Positions 22,293-34,000 of a stretch of DNA of 64,000 bases are shown here, one piece after another. Every line of letters begins with the position of its first letter. The first letter of the stretch is position 1. The position numbers were made by a program, and so were the translations under genes. The DNA lies in assembly GCA_965112155.1 (NCBI GenBank), contig OZ218100.1. One strand, given 5' to 3'. A model generated the notes under the pieces. It saw only the letters and a list, made by a program, of their open reading frames with translations. It was not told the DNA's origin and made no database searches. The stretch is from Podarcis liolepis. Its lineage: Eukaryota.

Positions 22293-23690
22293 CCAAAGTT
22301 GTTGAACACCACCTCGCATCAGCCCCATCCAAGGATGATGGGATTTAGGGTTCAACAACATCTGGAGACCACACATTCCCTGCCCCTCCTTCAAACTATA
22401 ACATCCTCCCTTCAGAAAGGAAGAAGCTCACACTTTAGAATATAATTTTGCTCACAGTGTCCTACTTTATTTTTTGAAGCAAATTAATTTCTAAATGGTT
22501 CTACAGTTGACAGATTACTAGCCAGAAGGCATGCAATAAAAACAAACTCCAACATAATTAAGAATGGTCCTAAAAGGGACAGGGGAAAGAAACAAATGGA
22601 TTATCAAAGCTAATGAGAACTTTTGCCGATTATGATATTAATAACATTCTCAATTCATTTAACAAGCTTCATAAGAGCTTTATCTGAAAGCAAAATTACT
22701 AAAGTTTATCCTCTGAACACAGGGATTTAATTGAACAACCAATGTGTGAGAAACTGATATAAGATTGCAGGAACAACCAAGTCCCAGCAAGGAGCAGCTT
22801 CCTATCTGAAGTGTGTTTGGATAGCCAAGCAATGCTGTAACTAACCATAACCACATTGAGCGCAAACCATAGGTTATGCGCCTTCCACCCCCTGGATATT
22901 GCTATATATTGTTACAGATATATATTTAAATTAAAACCACAGATTTAAAATAAAAGTAAATGAAGAAAAGTTACAATTGATTGTGGTTACCAACATTCTG
23001 ACTTAGTAGAGCTGTGATTTTTTAATCTTGCTGTTTTCATCACAATGGGGCTTGTACAGCACTTACTTAGGAAAATGTGCTGTTGTATATGTGCTGAAGG
23101 CAACTGTCTTCTCACTAAAAATAATCAGTTAGTTATCCTCTGTACATTTATGGGCAGGGGAAGAGCTTCTATCTAAGAGAGCCCAAACATGATTTTCAGA
23201 TAAGATTGACTCCATAGCTCTTATTTAGAAATTAAGTCATACCACACAACATAAGCTTTTGAATACCCAGCCAGATGGGTAGGGTATAAATAATAAATTA
23301 TTATTATTACTATTATTATTATTATGAATAAGAATTTATGTATTGATAATGCCTAGACATCTGTTGTTGAAACACACACAGAGACTTTTAAATGTGAGGC
23401 ACACCTGTTTCCAGTTGAACGCAGTTTTCTTGCCCTGCAAAAACCAATTTAAGTTTGCATTATCCAAAACACCTTTTTCTCTAAATTAAAAGAACAAAGT
23501 GTTCCAACCAACAGACAACAAAAATTGTTTCATTTGAACCAAAGCCCAGCAGAGCACAGCAGAACGTATTTGCAATGTATGGCTCAGTCCTGAAAATACG
23601 AAGCAATAATCTCTGCATCACACCACAGAAATCATAACCAGCATTTTATGTCTGAGATTAGAGTTTGGGGAAGGAAATGGAATCAGCCAG

Positions 23691-24073
23691 TGTGACAACC
23701 AGACAGGCGTAGAGCTTCACAGAGCGTCTTTTCTTCTGAGTTCTTCTCCTTTTCCAGCTTCTGGCAGTCTTCCATTAGAGTCTGCCAGTTGCTGGAACAA
23801 CATATGTCATTCAGCTCCCTACTTCTGAACCTTTTATCTTACTTTCTAATGGGTCTCCTCAGTTGTCAGTCCCTAGACGCTTGCTTATTTTTGCTGTCCC
23901 TGGATTATGTTTTGACTTGGACTTCATCTCTTTTGCTCAACCTTCACTTGTTGTTGACCTTGCTTTCCAAAGTGGTATTGTGCTTGGGCCTCTGCCTGAG
24001 GTGAAGGACCTGCCCTGCCTACCTCTAATACTAGCAGTGGATGGTAAGGCAGAGCAGAGACGTTTACCTGACA
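23691..24073 (+). mobile_element. Possible solo LTR (Gypsy-like)
   Basis: TGTGA...TGACA ends and a pyrimidine-rich ggattatgttttgacttggac segment; no clear TSD. Confidence 0.4.
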
Positions 24074-24607
24074 TCCCAGCAGGTGAGTCACCAGGAGAGT
24101 GAGGGGTGAGGTGGTGGCAAGGTAAATCCAACATTCCTGCCAGTCAATGCGTTCTCTCTCTCTCTCGGGGGGGGGGGGAGGTGTCGGTACTTTACAGTAA
24201 ATGCCACACTTTAAACATTTGGTTGTGTTTTTTTAAAGGGTGCTGGTACTGCAGGCCCTTGAGTACCCCCAGAAAAAAAGGGCTGCTGCCAATGCATTTG
24301 CACCACTCTGCCTTCTCCGCCACCTTGTTCCTCCCAAAGGTAAGCAGCAGAACTCACTTGCCAGAAGGTCAGCTAAGAGCTTCTGCCCCACACAGATATG
24401 CTACAGAGTTGGCCTAATCATGACACTTATTTGATCACAAACTGTATTTGAGATTGCACTAACTAGTGCTGACACAAAACATGCTCACCCATTTTGAAGG
24501 GTCACTCACCCCTCACAAACGGCCGGGGTGACAGCGGCTTTTCTTCACCTTTTTCAAGTGCACAGCAAACTCCAAGACAGTTTTCATTCATGACAATTTC
24601 CTGTATG

Positions 24608-24640
24608 AGTTCGTTCGTTCGTTCGTTCGTTCGTTCGTTC
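24608..24640. repeat. (GTTC)8 microsatellite containing CpG
   Basis: Direct inspection. Confidence 0.9.
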
Positions 24641-25156
24641 TGAAAAGCTCTGCACTCTCTTGCCCACAGCTGCATGGAGCAGCCCAGCAGAACATTCTAG
24701 AAGCCATGTAGTCACAAGGAGTTCCAGGAAGAACTGCCGGTCTGGAAGCTGGCACACAGAGAACTCTCCACTGCTGCAACTGCATACAAGGATTTTAGAA
24801 TGGTTTAAGAGCAAATTACTTAGATACATTTTGGATCTTATAGCATTTACTTCTCAAAGCAGAGTTCAGGATCAACGTACAAGATTTAACTTCCGCTTGT
24901 ATTTATCCAAATGCTGTGTGGATTTATACTTGATTTATAAGAACTATAAGAACTGAAGAGTCTAGTCCAATATTCTGTCCTCACAGTGGCCAACCACTGC
25001 CTATGGGAAGCCTGAGTGCAATAGCACTTCTTGTCATTCCCAGCTTCTGGTGTTCAGATGTGTTATTGCTTATGACAGTGGAGGGAGAACACAGCCATTA
25101 TGGCTAGTAGCCATTGATAGCTCCATCTTCTATGAATTTGTCAAATCCTCATAAAA

Positions 25157-25513
25157 GGGATGCAGGTGGCGCTGTAGGTTAAAACACAGAGCCTAGGACT
25201 TGCTGATCAGAAGGTCAGCGGTTCGAATCCCCACGACGTGGTGAGCTCCTGTTCCTCGGTCCCTGCTCCTGCCAACCTAGCAGTTCGAAAGCACATCAAA
25301 GTGCAAGTAGATAAATAGGTACTGCTTCGGCGGGAAGGTAAACGGCGTTTCCATGTGCTGCTGTGGTTCGCCAGAAGCGGCTTAGTCATGCTGGCCACAT
25401 GACCCGGAAGCTGTACGCCGGCTCCCTCAGCCAGTAAAGCGAGATGAGCGCTGCAACCCCAGAGTCGGCCACGACTGGACCTAATGGTCAGGGGTCCCTT
25501 TACCTTTACCTTT
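25157..25513 (+). mobile_element. Sauria SINE inserted into a CR1 remnant (~24960-25535)
   Basis: Full-length Sauria sequence with (ACCTTT)n tail; CR1-like sequence on both sides. Confidence 0.95.
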
Positions 25514-26724
25514 AAGCTGGTAGCCACCATTGTTTCTTATGGGATTCATATATTACCATAACAGTGTGACAATAATTTTCCTTTCGTCCATTCCCATGAC
25601 AGTCCTAGCCATCAGGTGGTCTTCCTGTGGTAAGGGCTCATGTCTTTCACCCCAGCTATTCCATGACTCATTCAGAAGATACCCGGTGAGCACAGAATCA
25701 GACCACAGGGATGCAACCCACTCACCTATGCCATTGTAGCAACAAGTGGATTGAGCTTTAGCTTTGCGGTCCGAAAGTTAAGTCTATGGCCTTGAAGTAA
25801 ATTTTACAAACTTTGTGAAATAGCTCAGGCATTTAAAAGCCAACATCATCAAAGACTGCCTAGAATGAGCATCTACCAATCATATAAGAAAATAGTAGCA
25901 TGAAATGAACAGCCTATCAATCTAGGAACACTTCAGATTCGAAGAGGAAAAAGGACTGTAATGAATGCTTATGTGAAGCTGTCTTGAAAACATCGGTACC
26001 TGAAAGGGTGAGAATTAAGAAAAACTTTTATGAAAAGAGCTTGAATGACTAGTGCAATTTGATGTACTTGTTGGCATTATGTCATGACCGTGGCTGAAAC
26101 TACCAGATGTTTCATCAGTTTATTACAGTTTTTGAGTTTTCATACCTTTCTTAATAATTTTCCCTGTCTTCACAATCCATTTGACATTTCAAAATTCTCT
26201 CTAGCTACTTGCTCATTGACCTTCGATGAACTTGCTGAAATTATAGACAAAGTCGGGGCACAATATTACCTTACTCTGAGCTTCCATATTGGTCCCTAAA
26301 GCTCTCTCAGTGTTTTCAGTTTTTAAATATTTGCTCTGTCACAAATATTGGGCTATATTTGGGGGTAAAGCTTCAGAGATAAATACAAACTGTATCCCCT
26401 TGGTTTCCATACCAGCAGTTCAAGAAATATAAATATAAAGGAAATTACTATTACTCTCTCCCAGTTTTGAAGAGTTTGACATAGGAAGTTATACATAGCA
26501 AAGAAATGTTTATGATATATATGATATTTACTGTTGATGATACATCAGATAATAATTTTAAAATTATATCAGATAGGATAATGGGTTTTATTGGTATATA
26601 TTGATTATTGTCAGATAATTGATTATTGTCAGATTTAGAAGTTGTTTCTATTCTGTGCTTCCTTAAGATATTGTGATGTATTTGCTTAACTTTTTTTATG
26701 GATAACTAGGAACCATATTGCATA

Positions 26725-26931
26725 GAAACAGTGTGGTGTAGTGGTTAAGGTGCTGGACTATGGCCTGGCTTCAAATTCCCACTCAGGCATGAAGTTCACT
26801 GGGTGTCCTTAGGTCATGAAGATTACTCTCAGCCTAACCTACCTCACAGGGGTGTTATTGTGAGAAGGATGTAGACCACCTTGAGTTCCTTGAAAGAAAA
26901 GTGGGATATAAATGAAACAAACAAACAAACA
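26725..26931 (+). mobile_element. Squam3-like SINE
   Basis: cagtgtggtgtagtggttaa A box, ttcaaattcccac B box, (AAAC)n tail. Confidence 0.8.
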
Positions 26932-28417
26932 TAAGGCATCCTCATGTGTCTTCAGGCTGAACTAAGTTCCTTTATCGAGTTGCAGGGCACATCTGCTTAG
27001 AAAAGTTTAAGGATAAATGATAGAAATGATAGAAAAAATAACTGCATAGTGGAAAAAGCATGGAGGTGGGTGTGCTACCACAAACGATTAGCATCTTCCT
27101 CCCTGCCACCATTCCACAACTGTGGTTGCTACTGGATGGTAGGTGGGAAGCAGAGCAGAATTACGCTATGAATTATGCCCACACTTGATATATAGTTGGT
27201 AAGAATATGGCGTGTGGTAATTAAGTGTATGTCTCATCCCGTTAGAGGAATCATAAACTCAGCCATTGAAATTCAAGAGCCACCTCTTTCATTATTTCAT
27301 TTTTAAAATTATGTTCTAGATCCATACCTTGGCTGGCCCGATACATTTTTTTTTTGCCTGAGGCAGAGCAACAAATGATTCCTCCTTCAAGTCAAGGTGC
27401 ACAGGACTCAAAATCTGGTTAATTTTTCATGGCAACTGAGACATAAGGGCCTCTTTCTCCTCTCAGGCAGTAAACAGGGGTCACCCCTGGGCACCAGTGA
27501 ATCTGCCACTATCTCCTATGGCACCCACAAAAGGTCTTATTAAATATCACTTCACAAATTTCACAATACACAAGAAACTCTTTGCTCTTCCTGTTCAGTT
27601 TACAGACCCAGCCTTATCCTACACAGAACATGCTCAAATTTAATGGGATATCAGGACAGAACACTCAACCTTCCATTTTAAGTAGAGAAGTGATTGAAAG
27701 AGCATATTGCACCTCTTGGTACTCATCACTTCAGCTCACAGTTAGAGGGAGTCATGTCATATCTATATGCATGGTCATGTAGATATATGACAAGGAAATG
27801 GTCACATTTTTAGTATCTTCCTATATTTGCAACATTCACCTAATTAAAATGGGAAACTAAGCTGCATTTTGGATTTGTCTCTTTTCCCTGGCATGTTATC
27901 AGGATAAGAGCTATAATGACTTCTTCAAATGTTAACTTTAAAGTACAAGTAGACAGCCATGCTCCATACAAGTATTCTTATGGGTGTGTTTTGTATAAGC
28001 AATCAGTCCTTTGTTTTGGTTGACAGCTTCCATCCCAAGAGGTGTGCAAACCACCAGGGAATAGCTTCCTACAAAAGTGATTACTGCATCTAGTCCCCTG
28101 AGCTGTTGTATTATCTCTGTATTTTTGCCTCTCCCCTTCTCATTTCAATTTTTATTACTGGTCAAATCCCTCTTCCCAAACATATTACAGGAAATGTAAT
28201 TGAAAATAAAATTAATCAAAAGTCCAAAGTCGTCAAGTGTTTCAAAAGGGCATTGCTCATCATAGCTAAAGGCTTCAGTTGTAGTTTCATATTTATGATA
28301 AGCAAAGGCAACAGGAAAATATAACCAATATTGAGGGGTGGGATGGAGTTGTATAGAATAAAAATAAGAGAGCCAACTGCTTTGCTCCTTTAGAATAAGA
28401 AATAAATAAAGAACTAC

Positions 28418-28669
28418 GAGAGCCAGTGTGGTGTAGTGGTTAAGAGCGGTAGACTCGTAATCTGGGGAACCGGGTTCATGTCTCCAATCCTCCACATGCA
28501 GCTGCTGGGTGACCTTGGGCTAGTCACACTTCTCTGAAGTCTCTCAGCCCCACTCACCTCACAGAGTGTTTGTTGTGGGGGAGGAAGGGAAAGGAGAATG
28601 TTAGCCGCTTTGAGACTCCTTCGGGCAGTGATAAAGTGGGATATCAAATCCATGCTCTTCTTCTTCTTC
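28418..28669 (+). mobile_element. Squam3-like SINE, younger subfamily
   Basis: gagccagtgtggtgtagtggttaagagcgg head and (CTT)n tail; closely related to 48468-48715. Confidence 0.9.
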
Positions 28670-29580
28670 AGCCTTATCCAGACTTGCCTGTCTAACAACA
28701 TAATCTTAACCATGTATACCTATGAACTCAGTGGGGCTTACTTCCATGTAAATGAGGTTAGGATTGCAGCCTTAGACCCATGAATTAACTGGAGTTATTT
28801 CAGAGAAATATTTGATTCATTTCTATTCAAAGAGATCCTACGGCTCAGGTATGTCTAGATATGCAATCCTAAAAGTCCTGCTCTTAATCTGTGATCCTCA
28901 CAGATGTTGCTGGACTACAACTCCCCTAATTGCAAACCATTGGCAAAGCTAGCAGGTGATGAGAAGAACTGGACTCTAAACAACATCTGGAGTGTCAGAG
29001 GTTCATCCCTGTCCTAAATAGTGACAGAAGAGAATTTTTTCAGTCTGTATTGAAAGTGAATTCAATGTAATTTTTTGAATTCAGCTATTGGATCGCTGAA
29101 TTTTGTGATTTTGGTTGAAAAATTCTCCCAATTTTGTGATTTTCTCTTGCAAAGATGCATATTATTTCTGGTCAAAATGCATATTTTAATAAAGAAGTCC
29201 ATACAAAATGTGTAGAGGAAATTGCATGCAAAATATATACAAACTATGTATTGGGGGGGAGTGTATTTAAATGTGATTTTTTCATACAGTTTAAAAAATA
29301 ATAATAGACAAGAAGACAACATGGACTTATGAATGAATGCTTGAAAAGCTGACACAGAACAGAAATAACCACCCCTAGTACTAATTCCTGGGGTGTGATA
29401 TGGTTTCTGCCTTTAGCTACTCAGTGGTCATGGAAAGATCCTTCCACTTGCTCAGGGACCCCTTAATCCAGGATAAACCACATCATTCAGCAGGTAGATA
29501 GGTAGCCGTGTTGGTCTGCCATAGTCAAAATAAAAAATTCCTTCCAGTAGCACCTTAAAGACCAACTAAGTTAGTTCTTG

Positions 29581-29618
29581 GTATGAGCTTTCGTGTGCAT
29601 GCACACTTCTTCAGATAC
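29581..29618 (-). ncRNA. Minimal type I hammerhead ribozyme (inverted copy)
   Basis: Reverse complement of 29622-29659. Confidence 0.8.
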
Positions 29619-29621
29619 AGT

Positions 29622-29659
29622 GTATCTGAAGAAGTGTGCATGCACACGAAAGCTCATAC
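29622..29659 (+). ncRNA. Minimal type I hammerhead ribozyme
   Basis: gtat-CTGAAGA-a-gtgtg(catg)cacac-GAAA-gc-TC^atac: core boxes, stem I gtat/atac, stem II, and a vestigial palindromic (AGCT) stem III. Confidence 0.8.
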
Positions 29660-30681
29660 CAAGAACTAACTTAGTTGGTCTTTAAGGTGCTACTGGAAGG
29701 AATTTTTTATTTTGATCATTCAGCAGGGTTAACTTAAGTGACCTACTTCAGATGCTACTATGGGTAGGTGGGGAAATAGATGAATGGCAGGAACTGGGTT
29801 CTGAATGAGGCAGCAAGTTTTTCAAAGTAAGTAAGAGGGAGGCACCATTTGGACTTCATTTCAGACAGCAAAATGTATTGAGCCAACACTGTATTCTTAC
29901 ATCATAGGCTACAGGGTTAAGCCCCAGTATGGAAACTAGATACCAGGGCTGATCCCTTTTGAGCTCAGGCACAGACTAAATCCTGCTTCTCAGTAAAATA
30001 CATTTAGGATCCATCTGCCAGCAAGTTGTGTAAACCGGCAATTAAAATTCACAGTGAACCTTCAGCTCTTCCAAAGTAAATAAACTCTCCACTCCAGTAG
30101 AAAGTAATGATAGCTAAAATTGTTGAAGAACTAGGATGACACCTATGATTAAGGCACAGACAAGTTGCATAATTATACAGATCAATGACTGTAAATTATT
30201 ATTTCAAAGATTGGCTTTGAAAAACACTCGTTTTGCAGCACAATAATCACCGTCTAATCTCAAATGCTGAGGCCTCTGTGCCATGTAAAGGAGTGGGTTG
30301 TTGTTGGCATTCCTTTCAAAGTTCTCTTCTTTCTTTTTCTCCCTCTCTCTCTCTTTCATGCCAGTATATTAAGATTACTGAACAGGCTGCCTCTGAATTT
30401 TGAGGCTTGCCTCAGATAGATTGTGGCGCCATTCAAAGTGAAAAGGTAAGTGATTTATGAAGGCATGAGACCTCAATTCAAAAACAGCACCACATACCCT
30501 TTAAATCCTAATCAAACTGCAATCCAGATCAGTGGTGCAACTAGAAGCAGACAGGTGCACTTCCTGAAGCATCTGCTAAGAAAATGGCTCCAGGTTACCC
30601 AAGCAAGACATACTCCTGCTCCTTTGATATATTTCTCCTTGCACCATGCTGGCAATAATTCAGATTTATCTGAACAAGAGA

Positions 30682-31044
30682 TGTAGTGTTACTTGTGTGT
30701 TGTGGGTTTAACCCTGCATAGGTCTCTATTGTTATGTATTCAGTGGTCTGTGTCTGCCTGAGTTTGAGTATGGACTAAGGATTCTGAGCACTTGTGGTCT
30801 GATTTGATACATGATGTCCAATCATAGAACATTTCAGGATTTGGACCTCTGCCATTGGCCCTTGAACTCTGAGTCATGATTCACAGCTTGGAAGTTTAGA
30901 CAGCCAATTACGTTGGGAGTGGGAGTGGCCCAGGCTTTCAGGAATGTATATAAGCAGTTGCTTTGCCCCTGTTTCCCAGTTATGTAGTTCAATAAAGGTT
31001 CTTACTGTTATCGCTGTGTCTTGCCTCGTGGGAACCTACCTACA
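30682..31044 (+). mobile_element. Probable solo LTR
   Basis: TGTAG...CTACA inverted ends, CCAAT boxes, TATATAA (~30947), AATAAA (30991); TSD not evident. Confidence 0.65.
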
Positions 31045-34000
31045 ATTCATCTATGATGGTCACACAAGGTAAAATAAGGGGATACAGTTGAGGCTGCTCC
31101 ACTAGGGCTACTGGAATACAGGCTTCCCAATAAGAATGTCAAGCAATTTAAAAATCTCAAAACAACACGCTGTTCCTCACACATTTTATACTTCCTTGAA
31201 TTTAAAGAGGCTTGGGAGGTCATTCTCTCCCCCCCCCCCCAAACTGTTGTTCTCTGGCCAATCAGCTCTCTGCAGCACTTCACCAATCCTAATCCAAAAG
31301 TATAGCTATGGCAAAGAGAGCCCTCCCATGGGTCTCTGGCTCAAAAAGCAATGTGAATGATATTTCAATATTAGGAGGGCTGTCTGCTTTTCAACCCTAT
31401 GTGGAAAGCGCCCACTCCATCCATTGTTAGAAGGGCTATCCAACACCTGTTAGGCAGGAAAATTAGATTGTGTTCCGTGCTTGTGCGCCCACTCGCAACC
31501 TGTTTAAACCCTATTTTAATTTTATGTTAAAGTAGGACACATATCGAGTTCACAATAACAGCCCTAATAAATATATATTTAGAACACAGTAGTCAAGTTC
31601 TCATATCCAGTTGATGGCAAATTCTAGCACTGCAATTCTGTACCCACTTCCCTACTGACTCAATGATATTTACATTTGATTAGACATGTATAGGATTGTG
31701 CTATTAAACTGCAAGTCTATGCATTGTGACTTTGAAATAAACCACCTCAAACAGGCTGTAAGGTATTGCATCCCATTAACACAACATACCTGAAAGGAAG
31801 AGAGCTATATTTAAGGAACCTTCAGATCCTGATCTGATTCGGACCTGGGTTTGTAGTTGACAAGAATTTATGAGATTCTTATGGACCTATAAACTTTAAA
31901 AGCCTTCCAATATAAGTTTTTAGAATTGTTACTAATGGGATGTCTGTTCTTCTCTATTGGCCATCAGATGTTCAGCTCAGAACTTCTGAGATATCACTCA
32001 GGGCTTTTTAGCAGTTGTCACTTGGGACTTCACATCAGCCAGGAGATTTGATTCCATGTCTGTTCAAGTGCAACATTTTGTTTGGTACACAGCAAAAAGA
32101 CAAGTATGTGGATGCCATAGCCTGTCCCAGAAATCTCAAGTTCTTGGGTAAGAAACAAAGCAACCATCAGCTCACCTCAGTAAGTTCACCACTGGTGGTT
32201 GGGGCAGTTTCTCTCTCCAGGTTCTACAGCCTGGAATTATGCATGTTTTTTACAAGTAAGTTTTGCTGCATTCAGTGGAACTGCTCACAAGTGAGAGCAG
32301 AATTCTAAGCCCTTGTGCTTCAAAGGGGCTTATATTTCATCTCTCCTGGCTCACTTGACTTCATCACATTCTCACTTAATATTTTGCATACTTTAAAATG
32401 CAGTGTCTGACAAGGCTTTTGGTGCAGAACTGGATCCCTGGGGGGACATTGGGCTTTGAAGTAATCTGGAGTGTTGGGCAGAGATTTTTGCCAGCCTATA
32501 TTGCCAGACATGTCCTAGGGACCTACCATTGCCTAGATAGCACTTATTCATCAGCATATGCACCACATTGGAGACATTATGCCATTTTTATTCTTTTTGT
32601 TTCCAACAGAATCTAATAAAACATATTGAAATATTATACCTAACCTAATTACATAACTGACATTGACATTAGGCAGGTATTCCCACTACATTATGGTAGA
32701 TGCCTGCTGAAACCCCTTTTTATTTCAGCAAGACTGCCAAGAAATATAATTTAGTTACCTGTATTTTTTAAAAAAGTTTTGCTGATTTTATGTGTATTTT
32801 AATTATCATTAGTCAAAGTGCATTTGGGTTGTATTTGGTTGTTGTTTTTTAAAAGGAGTTTTCTGGATTTTAGTTGTATTTCAGCTACAACTGTAGAATG
32901 TACACCACTAAGAGAGCTCTTTGATTAAGAAGTTTATAAATTTTATTTCAAAATAAATAAATAAGTAAATCCCACTGCAATGGATTAGCAGGTATCTTAT
33001 TCTCCAGTAGTGAATATTTGTCTCTCCAGGACCTAATTATTCCATTAAAGCTTTCGAAAGCCCTTTGAATACATATGTTGTTTTAATTAAATCTCACTAG
33101 ACCTCAGAGCTAAGTTACTGTAACACGGACTTGATTAGTTGAATTCCAAGTGTTTAAGATAAAAGCAAATTCCGAAAACAGTATGTTTAGAATAAACAGG
33201 GGGAGAATGGCTTGTCTCCTGCACCACTGATTTCTTGGCCAACCATGGAACTAGGCTCAAGATAAACAAGATAAATTAATGGGAGATCATTCCCCTAAGA
33301 TGCTCTGGACAACAGAAGTGTCCAACAGGATAGATGAGGAAGAAATGCAGAGAGGAGAGTGAAATAACAAGGTGAGGCGAAGCTTCAATCTCTGGAACTT
33401 CCAGCCTCCAATATATATGTCAGGTGCAGCAAACATGGTGCCTTCCAGTTGGACTCCCATCAGTCCTAACCAGGATGGTTAATGGTCAGGGATGATGGGA
33501 AGCGAGTCCAACAACATCTGGAGGAAACCATGTTGGCTACCCACATTGCACACTTTGTGCCGGCAAATTAGAGCAATTTTATACATGCTGCTTGTTTCCA
33601 TAGTACAGCTGGACTACACTTTGGGTTTGAGACACAATCTAGCTAAGAAATAGAAAAGGAAACAAGGATTGCAGACATCAGCAAGGAAGGACCAAAACCA
33701 CAACTCATTACATTTTAATTTGCATTCAGATCTTCTATGAAAACAGCCCGTTTTCTAGAAGCAACCTGTAGCAATAGGATCTTTCATCAATGAATTCTGA
33801 GGAACAAGCTTGCAGCTTGCATCTAACTAAGGTAGCGTGGGTAGAGTGGGAAATACAGTGTAAGTGGTCTTAGCTGGCAGTCTGCCAAGAAACAGCCACA
33901 CTGATACAGATGCTAAAGAGGTAGTTATGTATCTTCTGAGTTTTTCCATTAGGTCAGCTGGCATTAGACTGTTGCTTTCATGCAGGTTAGTGCAGTCAAA

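Larger units (their letters stand above)
29495..29714. mobile_element. Penelope-like element terminal-repeat insertion, inverted (palindromic) arrangement
   Basis: Perfect 95-bp arms (29525-29619, 29621-29715) around a 1-nt spacer; 13-bp TSD atcattcagcagg; one hammerhead per arm. Confidence 0.85.

Noticed and set aside
28418-28495. tRNA gene (also at 4975, 26727, 62370 and the Sauria heads)
   Set aside because: A/B boxes continue into SINE bodies and tails; no intact cloverleaf or Pol III terminator.
29525-29715. miRNA precursor or DNA-transposon MITE
   Set aside because: The arms are Penelope-type hammerhead repeats, the insert is asymmetric, and the 13-bp TSD does not fit the hAT or mariner MITEs seen here.
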